Positions 8,373 to 16,059 of a stretch of DNA of 63,214 nucleotides are shown here, piece by piece (positions within the stretch are counted from its first letter, which is position 1; each line of letters begins with the position of its first letter). The translations under genes and the position numbers were made by a program. The stretch lies in the IMG/VR virus record IMGVR_UViG_3300009509_000021, positions 1 through 63,214 of that record; one strand, given 5' to 3'. This DNA comes from a virus (taxonomy: Duplodnaviria; Caudoviricetes). Under the pieces are notes generated by a model. It searched no databases. It was not told where the DNA came from and saw only the letters and a list, made by a program, of their open reading frames with translations.

Positions 8373-8441
8373 CGGTCTTGCGATGTACTCTCACCGTGGC
8401 AAGAGTACATCGCAAGACCGTGACACCATGATGGTGTCACG
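8373..8441. other. Two abutting perfect hairpins (terminator, RNase III site or cruciform)
   Basis: CGGTCTTGCGATGTACTC/GAGTACATCGCAAGACCG (18 bp) and CGTGACACCA/TGGTGTCACG (10 bp), just downstream of the stop at 8455. Confidence 0.7.
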
Positions 8442-8454
8442 ATCCTGTCTGACA

Positions 8455-8985
8455 TTACGATGCCAGCTTCGACTCGGCCTTCTCCACCGCTTTGTTGATA
8501 GCAGCGAACGACTTGCCGTTCTTCTGCGCGGTCTTGACAAGACGGAGTACTGCCTCGTCCAGATCCCACGATTTCGCAGGCGTGGACTTACCGAACACAT
8601 CTTCCTTCTCGAAGTACTCAACAAGCAGGGCCTCAAACTTGTGACCGACCGTACCGTCCTCGAACGTGTGGTCTGCCATCAGCTTGGCATACTTACCCTT
8701 CTGCTGCTTACCTGAGAACACACGGTCAGTGCCTGACCATGCGAAAGGAACCAGACTCGGCACTACGCGGGCGAACGTGCGATAGCGACCACACGCCAGC
8801 GATGCTTCAACCATGCGGTTGATGTGCGTCGTGTCGTTGGTCTCAATCGTGCGTGCGATAGCGTTTGCACACAGAGTCTTGAAGTGATCGAGTTGCTGCG
8901 GTCCAGTCTTGATAAGCCCAAGAACTTGGGACGAGAAAGAGCGATTGCTCAGGCGGTCGAACCGTACCAGTTTGATTGCTTCCAT
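8455..8985 (-). CDS. First gene of the leftward early arm; hypothetical protein
   Basis: Start MEAIKLV after CTGGAGATGGA. Confidence 0.7.
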   Translation of the reverse strand: MEAIKLVRFDRLSNRSFSSQVLGLIKTGPQQLDHFKTLCANAIARTIETNDTTHINRMVEASLACGRYRTFARVVPSLVPFAWSGTDRVFSGKQQKGKYAKLMADHTFEDGTVGHKFEALLVEYFEKEDVFGKSTPAKSWDLDEAVLRLVKTAQKNGKSFAAINKAVEKAESKLAS

Positions 8986-8989
8986 TGTT

Positions 8990-9390
8990 CCATCTCCAGT
9001 AAACGGTGCAGAATTGCACCCCAAAGCACCCGCGTCGCAGACGCTTTGGCGGTGGAATTCTCCACAGTTTCCTGCTGCCTTTCTTGGGCTGGTCCGATCG
9101 GACCCCCTCGCGCCGGGTTAAGCATATGTCTCCAACGGAGTGATGCGTGACCGACTGGCTGAGTCTAAGGCGTGAGCACTTTCTACGTGTCTGGTGTTAC
9201 CAGAGTAGGCTCCAAGTCTACCAACTACGGCAGAGTCCTTTAATCAACCCCCTTGCCGACTTCTGATCGCGTCGTCTCGGCGTCTTGCTCTCGCGTGACG
9301 CCTAACCGAACACAGCGGCCGTCAGGTTGAACCCTCCACAAGCACCTGACCGGGGCGACGTATCGCACATGCGTATCAGGTACTCATCTA
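8990..9390 (-). ncRNA. Candidate structured leader or ncRNA
   Basis: About 400 nt with no convincing ORF and many hairpins, e.g. GTCAGGT/ACCTGAC, GGCGTC/GACGCC, CGGCA/TGCCG, TCTGGT/ACCAGA, GGTCCGATCGGACC, CCAAAGC/GCTTTGG, GGTGCA/TGCACC. Confidence 0.4.
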
Positions 9391-9545
9391 TCGGATTATT
9401 AACAAACGACCCCCGGCATGGACAGGCCCACCCCCACACGGTCCGGCGCTCATCTAAGTCCCCCATAAGTAGTTGCAAAATATGAAATGAGGATGTAATC
9501 TACACCGCCTAACCGCAGCACCATGGAATTTCTAGCACTACGATA

Positions 9546-9857
9546 ATGAACATTCACTTCCGCTCGAATCAGCCAGTTCATCTCAATGCGACCATCATCT
9601 TCGTCGGCGGAGCCACCTATGCGTTCCAATGTCGCCTGACCGGTCAAAAATCAGTATGCGGTGTTCACACGATCGTGGGGAGAAAGCCATCCGACATCAA
9701 AGAGCTCTGGCTCGAATACGACGGCGTGAAATACCAGTATCCATTGGTCATGGATGGCAAGCGAGACGGTTTGGCGGTGATCGACATTTACGGCGGCCGG
9801 GATAAGTGGTCGGAGCTGCTCAGACGCAAGGCCATGGAGGTGCCGGTCGGTGAATAA
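9546..9857 (+). CDS. Hypothetical protein
   Basis: 103 aa; C-terminus GGRDKWSELLRRKAME is shared with the next ORF. Confidence 0.6.
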   Translation: MNIHFRSNQPVHLNATIIFVGGATYAFQCRLTGQKSVCGVHTIVGRKPSDIKELWLEYDGVKYQYPLVMDGKRDGLAVIDIYGGRDKWSELLRRKAMEVPVGE

Positions 9858-10215
9858 AACCATACGCGGCGGAATTCTGTGGATTGAAAATAGACATGAG
9901 TATTCTATCCATATAGAATGGGCTCAGTTCAATTCCTACGAGAATCCACGAACTTGGGACTTTCACGAAAAAGATCACAAACTCAGTCCGTACTTCGGGC
10001 CGAGCAATACCGCGAAACTGGCAATACCGGTGCGCGGCTCCGGGAGGGTGTGGATAAGGTATCAGACCGGGGGCGCTGCGGATCCTCACCTTACCACGTT
10101 CGATGTTACATACGATGCGCAGGGGGAGCCTTTCCCGTATATACTGGGCGGCGACAAGTGGAACGACTTACTCCGCCAAGCCGCAATGGATGCGCCTAAT
10201 GACGACTCTCAGTAA
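9850..10215 (+). CDS. Hypothetical protein
   Basis: GTG start after GGAGG; C-terminus GGDKWNDLLRQAAMD. Confidence 0.65.
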   Translation: MNKTIRGGILWIENRHEYSIHIEWAQFNSYENPRTWDFHEKDHKLSPYFGPSNTAKLAIPVRGSGRVWIRYQTGGAADPHLTTFDVTYDAQGEPFPYILGGDKWNDLLRQAAMDAPNDDSQ

Positions 10216-10507
10216 CACCTTCATACCAGAGCTGTGGAGTGAGCAGATCATCAAGGATTTCAAATTCAATCTCACTGGGGCAATTGTGCAGAAGCAGAGC
10301 AAGGGTACGCGCTTGTTGCGTGCGGCTGCTTTGGGTGTGCCTCAGGAAGAAATTGACAAAATCGACAACGAACCGGACTACGTGACAACAGGAGAACTGT
10401 ATGAGTACCTTAAGGACGAGTGGACTAACGACGCTGCTGATGCTCTGCGGTATGCTATTGATGCAGACATCATGGGCAACCTGTCCACCGGGGCACGAAC
10501 GAAATGA
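10199..10507 (+). CDS. Small protein with major-capsid-like motifs
   Basis: FIPELWSEQIIKDF vs capsid FIPQLWSGKIIEKF; WTNDAADALRYAIDADIM vs capsid WADDASEQMKIEIDTDVL. Confidence 0.6.
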   Translation: MTTLSNTFIPELWSEQIIKDFKFNLTGAIVQKQSKGTRLLRAAALGVPQEEIDKIDNEPDYVTTGELYEYLKDEWTNDAADALRYAIDADIMGNLSTGARTK

Positions 10508-11249
10508 CTCGTGCTCAGACGAAGCGGACAGCATCACGTCTAGCTCAACTGCGACCGCAGGAGCTACGTCGAATAGTGAAGCTACTGCAGGAGCAACCTC
10601 TACCGCCACTTCAAGTTCGGGCGGTAATAGCCAATCCGTCAGTATTACAAGCGATCACCCACGAACTACCACGATCCGTAATGTGGCGAGCCCGGATACG
10701 CCTAATCCGTACCCTACTGCCCCTTGTCGGGTTGGTGTTTCGGCGGGGTTATCTCTGGCAGGTGGTGCGCTGAGTGGCGGAGGCTCTGTCGAAGATACCG
10801 AGTGTACGCTCCGTGAAACCGCAAGGTCGTTTAAGGACTTGGGTGTACCGGAGCTTGGGCTTTATCTCCTTTGCACACAGAGCGACGTTGTCAATGGACG
10901 GCGCAATAAGAAGGGTGAACTTGAAGACGATCAGCCCCAGCCCATTGGGTCCGCTGAATGTCTACGACTCGTACGGCAATATCAAGGGAGTCCTGATGAG
11001 CATGTCAGTGAGCGAGGCGACGTTGAGGAGCTTAGGCGGCAAGTGGAAGTTCTACAAGAGCAGCTCGATCAGAGTGAGTCAGCGCATGAAACCCTTGCAT
11101 CCGAAGTCGCTGAAGTACGCGAACTCCGTAATCGTCCCGCTCCACGACCTGCCGCACCTCGGACTGAGATAATTCAGCAGGAATACATCACACCTGAGAA
11201 GCGAGCCAAGCTCGCCGCGCTCATTTCAGACGAAGATAGTCGGGAGTAA
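10401..11249 (+). CDS. Putative secreted/periplasmic Cys-containing protein with coiled-coil tail
   Basis: Signal-peptide-like N-terminus, S/T/A linker, C-x-G-rich-x-DxxC...LLC domain; AGGAG RBS. Confidence 0.65.
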   Translation: MSTLRTSGLTTLLMLCGMLLMQTSWATCPPGHERNDSCSDEADSITSSSTATAGATSNSEATAGATSTATSSSGGNSQSVSITSDHPRTTTIRNVASPDTPNPYPTAPCRVGVSAGLSLAGGALSGGGSVEDTECTLRETARSFKDLGVPELGLYLLCTQSDVVNGRRNKKGELEDDQPQPIGSAECLRLVRQYQGSPDEHVSERGDVEELRRQVEVLQEQLDQSESAHETLASEVAEVRELRNRPAPRPAAPRTEIIQQEYITPEKRAKLAALISDEDSRE

Positions 11250-11254
11250 AAATC

Positions 11255-11530
11255 ATGTGGGAGCAGATCAAAGAGTTCAAGGAAGTACTCACACTCATCA
11301 GCGGCGCGGCAATTGTGCTGATGGCCATTGGAGGCTATTTGATGGAGTGGCGGATCGACGTAAATGTGCGAGAGCAGGTGAATGCAGTCAATGCAATCAC
11401 ACCGCAACAGCTTGAAGTTGTTGTCACGAAGTTGGAGGCAATCAAGGGCGACGTGTCACAGCTGGAAGGGGCCAATTCTCGCTTGGAGGATAAGATCGAT
11501 CAGGTGATCGGTATTTTGCTGGAGGATTAA
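11255..11530 (+). CDS. Membrane-anchored coiled-coil protein
   Basis: One TM segment, then heptad repeats. Confidence 0.65.
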   Translation: MWEQIKEFKEVLTLISGAAIVLMAIGGYLMEWRIDVNVREQVNAVNAITPQQLEVVVTKLEAIKGDVSQLEGANSRLEDKIDQVIGILLED

Positions 11531-11537
11531 AAGGCGT

Positions 11538-11972
11538 ATGCTAAACTGGTTCTATAACTGGATTGATCCCAAGATCCTGAGATTAGAGAAATGGGTCAAC
11601 CGCAAAGTTGTGCAGGAAAACTTGATCGACATCGACTTGGACAAAATCAAGAAAGACGAGGTGCGTGAAAACAATATGTTTCGTCAACCGCCGAAAGACG
11701 GCTCATACGGACCTTTTCTCACAAACCTGCAGGATGGTGTTGTCACAGAGTACATGGTGGGCCCCAGCGAATTTGAAGCGTTCGCTAAAATTGAATGTCG
11801 GGGCGAAAATTGGTGGCGACACCGCGATGGCGGTACAACTGAGGATTTCCGCGAGGAAGCCTTTGACGACATGAAAGAGTTTTTCGAGTACGCAATAGGG
11901 GACACCCAGAAATATTGGGATTGTCAGTTACGAACCAAAGCCTTGAAGGAAGACGATGGACCTGAGAACTAG
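11538..11972 (+). CDS. Hypothetical protein
   Basis: 144 aa, GGAGG RBS. Confidence 0.6.
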   Translation: MLNWFYNWIDPKILRLEKWVNRKVVQENLIDIDLDKIKKDEVRENNMFRQPPKDGSYGPFLTNLQDGVVTEYMVGPSEFEAFAKIECRGENWWRHRDGGTTEDFREEAFDDMKEFFEYAIGDTQKYWDCQLRTKALKEDDGPEN

Positions 11973-12567
11973 ACGTGAAATTGAAGCCCGAAATCGTAAC
12001 GCTGAGTACCAAAGACGGAGGTCGGACGTGGCAGCCGGTACGTCTTGCAGGCATGAAATTGCTTTGCTTGCGCCTAAGGGTTGCGTTGGGGTCGAGTGTG
12101 GTGTTGACACTGGCCAGTTTTCTGAAAGGTTGTGGAATACCGGTCAGTTTTCGGCCTTTCATTCAGTTGATAAATGGGACGATATCGCGCATCCCGAGAC
12201 ACAGTATTGGGCTGCATGTGAAAAATTGATTCCTTACGAGGGGATTCGCGTATGGCATATGACGGCACAGCAGTTTGCGAAGATAGCGGGATATGCGAAC
12301 TTGAAGTTTGGGTTCATCTACATGGATTGCTACGCGCATACGGGGCAAGATTCTGGCGGAGTCTTGGAAGCGATGTGGCCACTTTTGGAAGATGGTGGGG
12401 TGTTTGCAGGAGATGATTACGATGAAAAACAATGGCCAGATAACTACCGGCTCGCAAACGAGTTCGCAGAGCGAGTGGGCAAAGCTATCTACCAATTCGA
12501 CGAACACCTCGGTGACAGTGACCGACCTAAGTACGATACCTACCCTAGCTGGATCATCCATAAGTAA
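11956..12567 (+). CDS. Class I SAM-dependent methyltransferase (Methyltransf_24-like)
   Basis: GVECGVDTG, SVDKW, FIYMD..H, LEDGGVFAGDDY. Confidence 0.85.
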   Translation: MDLRTRREIEARNRNAEYQRRRSDVAAGTSCRHEIALLAPKGCVGVECGVDTGQFSERLWNTGQFSAFHSVDKWDDIAHPETQYWAACEKLIPYEGIRVWHMTAQQFAKIAGYANLKFGFIYMDCYAHTGQDSGGVLEAMWPLLEDGGVFAGDDYDEKQWPDNYRLANEFAERVGKAIYQFDEHLGDSDRPKYDTYPSWIIHK

Positions 12568-12601
12568 TGGGTACTACTACGTAGACACTAGCGTGGGAAC
12601 C

Positions 12602-12778
12602 ATGACCGTCACTCCGCCACAACCTATGGGGTCCATGCTGACCCTGATGAAAACTGGTGATGGGGAGTTTGTTTTGTCTGGGCAGAACGCTCAACGTCTG
12701 TTGATGGAATATTTTGAGCAATCGCCTGAATTGTGGCTACGGCTCATGGCACTAAAAGTGGAGGAAAATGATGGCTAA
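12602..12778 (+). CDS. Hypothetical small protein
   Basis: Fills the gap; start uncertain. Confidence 0.35.
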   Translation: MTVTPPQPMGSMLTLMKTGDGEFVLSGQNAQRLLMEYFEQSPELWLRLMALKVEENDG

Positions 12779-12995
12779 GCCCCGTTCAGGGATGGTAAAG
12801 TCGAATTTGTTTATTGACCCAAAGGTCCAGAAAGGCATTCAATTTCTGGCTGAAAGGCGCGGTACGTCTTATTCGGCGCTGGTGCGAGAGGCCATGAGGT
12901 CTTTTCTCATTGAGGCACTCAAAGAGGAAAAGGAGATCGCACAGCTTGAGGAAGGGAGTGAGATAGTTGAGCACGCTGCCAGCGACAGTAGCTGA
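12768..12995 (+). CDS. Ribbon-helix-helix (CopG/Arc-like) DNA-binding protein
   Basis: beta strand KSNLFI then LAERRGTSYSALVREAMRSFL. Confidence 0.75.
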   Translation: MMAKPRSGMVKSNLFIDPKVQKGIQFLAERRGTSYSALVREAMRSFLIEALKEEKEIAQLEEGSEIVEHAASDSS

Positions 12996-13443
12996 CTTCA
13001 ATGCGATTTCTGATTCGGATTCTCGGCTCGCTGTTGAGATCGCAATCCAGATCCGCCCCGTTGCAGACATCTTGGGGGTATATAACCTCTCCCGGAAGGA
13101 CTTGGTACGTAAACTCAAAGACCCCATGTTCCGAGACATGGTCAAGCAAGCCAAATCGCTGTGGAGTAGTGATCTCTCTGTCAAAGAACGCATCCGACTC
13201 AAGTCGCAGGTTCTTGTCGAGGACTCCATGCTTGAAATCTTCTCAATCCTACACAATCGAGATAACGCAATCCCAGCCCGCCTCGATGCTTTCAAACAAC
13301 TCGCAAGAGTCGCAGAAGTGGATCAGCCTGAGCGCGGGAAAGGTGATTCGGGTTCAAGGTTCACCGTCTCAATCAATCTCGGAGATACAATCCAACCAGT
13401 CGTAATTGAGGGAACAAGTCATGGCGAAAATGAAACCGCATAA
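12967..13443 (+). CDS. Putative terminase small subunit
   Basis: Helical 158 aa with N-terminal HTH-like part and C-terminal FTVSINLG strand; upstream of TerL. Confidence 0.55.
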   Translation: MSTLPATVADFNAISDSDSRLAVEIAIQIRPVADILGVYNLSRKDLVRKLKDPMFRDMVKQAKSLWSSDLSVKERIRLKSQVLVEDSMLEIFSILHNRDNAIPARLDAFKQLARVAEVDQPERGKGDSGSRFTVSINLGDTIQPVVIEGTSHGENETA

Positions 13444-13573
13444 ACCCGCAAAGGTAAAATCTCCCATTCTTGAAAAAGCAAAGAAAGTGCCGCCCGGTGG
13501 TTCAAAGACTCCCGGCGCTAAGGGCACTTACCCGATGCCGAAGGCTAAGAAAAAAGCCCCGAGGAAGAAGTGA
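13421..13573 (+). CDS. Lys/Pro-rich 50-aa peptide (not in ORF track)
   Basis: MAKMKPHKPAKVKSPILEKAKK...KAKKKAPRKK; TGATG coupling to next gene. Confidence 0.6.
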   Translation: MAKMKPHKPAKVKSPILEKAKKVPPGGSKTPGAKGTYPMPKAKKKAPRKK

Positions 13574-13875
13574 TGGCCGAAGGTGGTGAAAAACGTTCTA
13601 AAACCGCTCATCGTACCCCTTCTCAAATCAAGCGCCATGGAAGAACGTATCAAGCGACGCCTAGCCAAAAGAAAAAACGAGCTAAGCGCAATGCTGCTCG
13701 TGCAAAAGTTGTCGCTGAACGAGGTGCGTCTGCTGTACGGGGAAAGGACGTCGGTCATAAGACCCCTCTTAGCAAGGGTGGGGGTAACAGTAGCAGCAAT
13801 CTTAAAGTCCAAAGCAAAAATAAAAATCGCGGCCACGGAATGACAAGGGGGAAGAAACCCAACAAAGGCAGGTGA
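13573..13875 (+). CDS. Basic HNH-endonuclease-like protein
   Basis: KDVGHKTPLSKGGGNSSSNL...NR; adjacent to terminase. Confidence 0.7.
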   Translation: MAEGGEKRSKTAHRTPSQIKRHGRTYQATPSQKKKRAKRNAARAKVVAERGASAVRGKDVGHKTPLSKGGGNSSSNLKVQSKNKNRGHGMTRGKKPNKGR

Positions 13876-13878
13876 TTT

Positions 13879-14067
13879 ATGAATTGCGAAGATTGTAGGT
13901 ATTTCGAGGCAAAAGAAAGCCGAGAACACGAAGGTTATTGCCATAGGAACCCACCGCTGCCGAGCGCATTTCCTGATCCACATGATGGTAGAGAATGTGT
14001 GACACAGTACATTCACGTAACCACTACAGATTCTAACTGGTGTGGTGAATGGAAGGCGATAATGTAA
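13879..14067 (+). CDS. Small four-Cys metal-binding protein
   Basis: CEDCRYF...GYCHRNPP...WCGEW. Confidence 0.7.
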   Translation: MNCEDCRYFEAKESREHEGYCHRNPPLPSAFPDPHDGRECVTQYIHVTTTDSNWCGEWKAIM

Positions 14068-14192
14068 TGCCAGCAAAAACGAAAAAGCAGCAACGCTTCA
14101 TGGGCATGTGCTCAACGACGAAAGGCCGTAAAAAGGCAAAGGGTAAATGCCCACCCAAAAAAGTGGCAAAAGAGTTTGCCCGTAAGAAATGA
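14067..14192 (+). CDS. Basic 41-aa peptide (not in ORF track)
   Basis: MPAKTKKQQRFMGMC...KVAKEFARKK; TAATG and ATGA coupling on both sides. Confidence 0.65.
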   Translation: MPAKTKKQQRFMGMCSTTKGRKKAKGKCPPKKVAKEFARKK

Positions 14193-15613
14193 AACTTGAC
14201 TTCACGCCAACACCAACCTGCCGAGATTTCATGCTCTCCAAAAAGAGAGTACGTTTCTTGGTCGGAGCTGTTGGATCGTCTAAAACAACGACATGCCTTT
14301 ATGAAATCCTCCGTAGGGCAGCTGAACAGGCTCCAGCGGAAGACGGGACTCGCTATACACGTTTTGCAATCATACGCAACACACTCGCGGCAATTAAGAG
14401 TACCGTACTTAAGGATATTCAGCAGATATTCGGCCCTATTATTGACTATCGGGTTTCGGAGTCTACGGTCTATATAAGACAGGGTGACATTCACTGTGAG
14501 ATATTGCTTATACCGTTGGACACTCCTGATGACCAAAAGCGCCTCCTGTCTTCGCAGCTCACGGGCGCTTACTTTAACGAATTTGTCGAAGTTGACCCTG
14601 TGTTTATTTCTGGAGCCCTTGGTCGTTGTGGTCGCTACCCTTCACAGCTCAGGGGTAAACCGACATGGTACGGTGTCTTTGCAGATTCAAACCCGGGGAC
14701 CGAGGACTCGCCCTATTATGAAATACTTAAGGTCGAATTACCGGAGTCCTACGGTTACTTCGAGCAACCGTCACCGCTACTGAGAGACGATGCTGGCAAC
14801 ATTACAGAGAACCCTGCTGCCGAGAATATTGAGAATCTGCCGGGTGGATTTGACTACTACTGGACACTACTCAATGGTGCTTCGCCAGAATGGTCTGAGC
14901 GGTTTGTATTCGGTCAGTGGGGTGAGTCCCTTGAAGGTCAGGCAGTTTTCAAAAACACGTTCACGGAGAGCTTTCATGTGGCGACATCTGAGCTTACTCC
15001 ATCGGCTGGTCACGCGCTTATCATTGGGATGGATTTTGCTCGTGCGCCTGCTGCAGTCATCTGTCAAGTGGACCACACTGGGCGTTTGCTGGTCTTGCAA
15101 GAAGCGTATGAAGAAAACATGGGCGTTGAAAAGTTTGTTCGTGACCGCCTCATGCCCATCGTGTTCAGCCCACGCTTTCAGGGGAAACCCATGTACATCG
15201 TCGGGGATCCTAGTGGTACGACCAAGTCACAAATCGGGGAACGATCCGTTTTCTCAATGATACGAGGTCTTGGTTTTGAGGCGGTTCCTGCACAAACGAA
15301 TCATATTAAACCTCGGTTGGATGCTGTGGAGAAATGGCTCCTCATGCAGCGAGAGGGTTCAGCGGCAATACTTTTTGACCCAGTCGGCTGTCCTGAGCTT
15401 ATTACTGCTCTTAAACACAAATATCGTTATCGAGCTCGTAAAGATGGAGAGCTGGAAGATAAGCCCCATAAGGTCCGTCCTTGGGCTGATCTTGCTGATG
15501 CTTTGCAGTACGCTTGTCTCGGCACTGCTCAGAACCTTATGGGTAAAGTGATGAGACGTATGCAACGAAGTCACGAGAAAAAACCCGATATGCCTGTAGG
15601 AGCATGGACATGA
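14189..15613 (+). CDS. terL: Terminase large subunit
   Basis: GAVGSSKT Walker A, YFNE Walker B, DSNP, nuclease IGMDF, GDPSG, DLADALQY. Confidence 0.92.
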   Translation: MKLDFTPTPTCRDFMLSKKRVRFLVGAVGSSKTTTCLYEILRRAAEQAPAEDGTRYTRFAIIRNTLAAIKSTVLKDIQQIFGPIIDYRVSESTVYIRQGDIHCEILLIPLDTPDDQKRLLSSQLTGAYFNEFVEVDPVFISGALGRCGRYPSQLRGKPTWYGVFADSNPGTEDSPYYEILKVELPESYGYFEQPSPLLRDDAGNITENPAAENIENLPGGFDYYWTLLNGASPEWSERFVFGQWGESLEGQAVFKNTFTESFHVATSELTPSAGHALIIGMDFARAPAAVICQVDHTGRLLVLQEAYEENMGVEKFVRDRLMPIVFSPRFQGKPMYIVGDPSGTTKSQIGERSVFSMIRGLGFEAVPAQTNHIKPRLDAVEKWLLMQREGSAAILFDPVGCPELITALKHKYRYRARKDGELEDKPHKVRPWADLADALQYACLGTAQNLMGKVMRRMQRSHEKKPDMPVGAWT

Positions 15614-16059
15614 TTATCACCCTAGAACGTTTTGCTTATCTTGACGACTGCACGAGAGGTGTGATGCATGTCGGTAACCAACAATTCCAGACCATTGAAA
15701 GACCTTGGGTTAAAAATCCAGCTGGCCCGGGCGGGATGCCGTTTCAGAGTTGTGTCCCGGATGGTACGTATCGTGTACGTGCTTACACACGCCCTTCTGG
15801 AAAGAAGGCATTTATCTTATCAAACCCTGATTTGGGAGTCTGGGAGCAGCAAGAAGACCGTGACTCTACCACGTGGGGGCGTTATCTGATTCTCATACAC
15901 CCCGGCAACACCGTCGAAGACGTAGTCGGGTGTATAGCTCCCGGCCTGACTGGATCGGATCGCTCCGTTGGCAATTCTCGCGCTGCGATGCTGAAGCTGC
16001 ATGAGCTTCTTGAAGGATACGAGCATGACCTCGCAATCCGGCCCAAGGGCACGAGCTAA
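15610..16059 (+). CDS. DUF5675-like protein (candidate endolysin)
   Basis: TIERPW, CVPDGTY, ILIHPGN...GCI. Confidence 0.75.
   Translation: MIITLERFAYLDDCTRGVMHVGNQQFQTIERPWVKNPAGPGGMPFQSCVPDGTYRVRAYTRPSGKKAFILSNPDLGVWEQQEDRDSTTWGRYLILIHPGNTVEDVVGCIAPGLTGSDRSVGNSRAAMLKLHELLEGYEHDLAIRPKGTS

Noticed and set aside
9100-9400. tRNA gene
   Set aside because: No cloverleaf with a T-loop GTTCRA and matching acceptor stem found by eye.
12560-12620. NGYYYVDTSVGTMTVTPP resembling a tail-fibre motif
   Set aside because: Short match upstream of the first plausible start codon; not enough to call.
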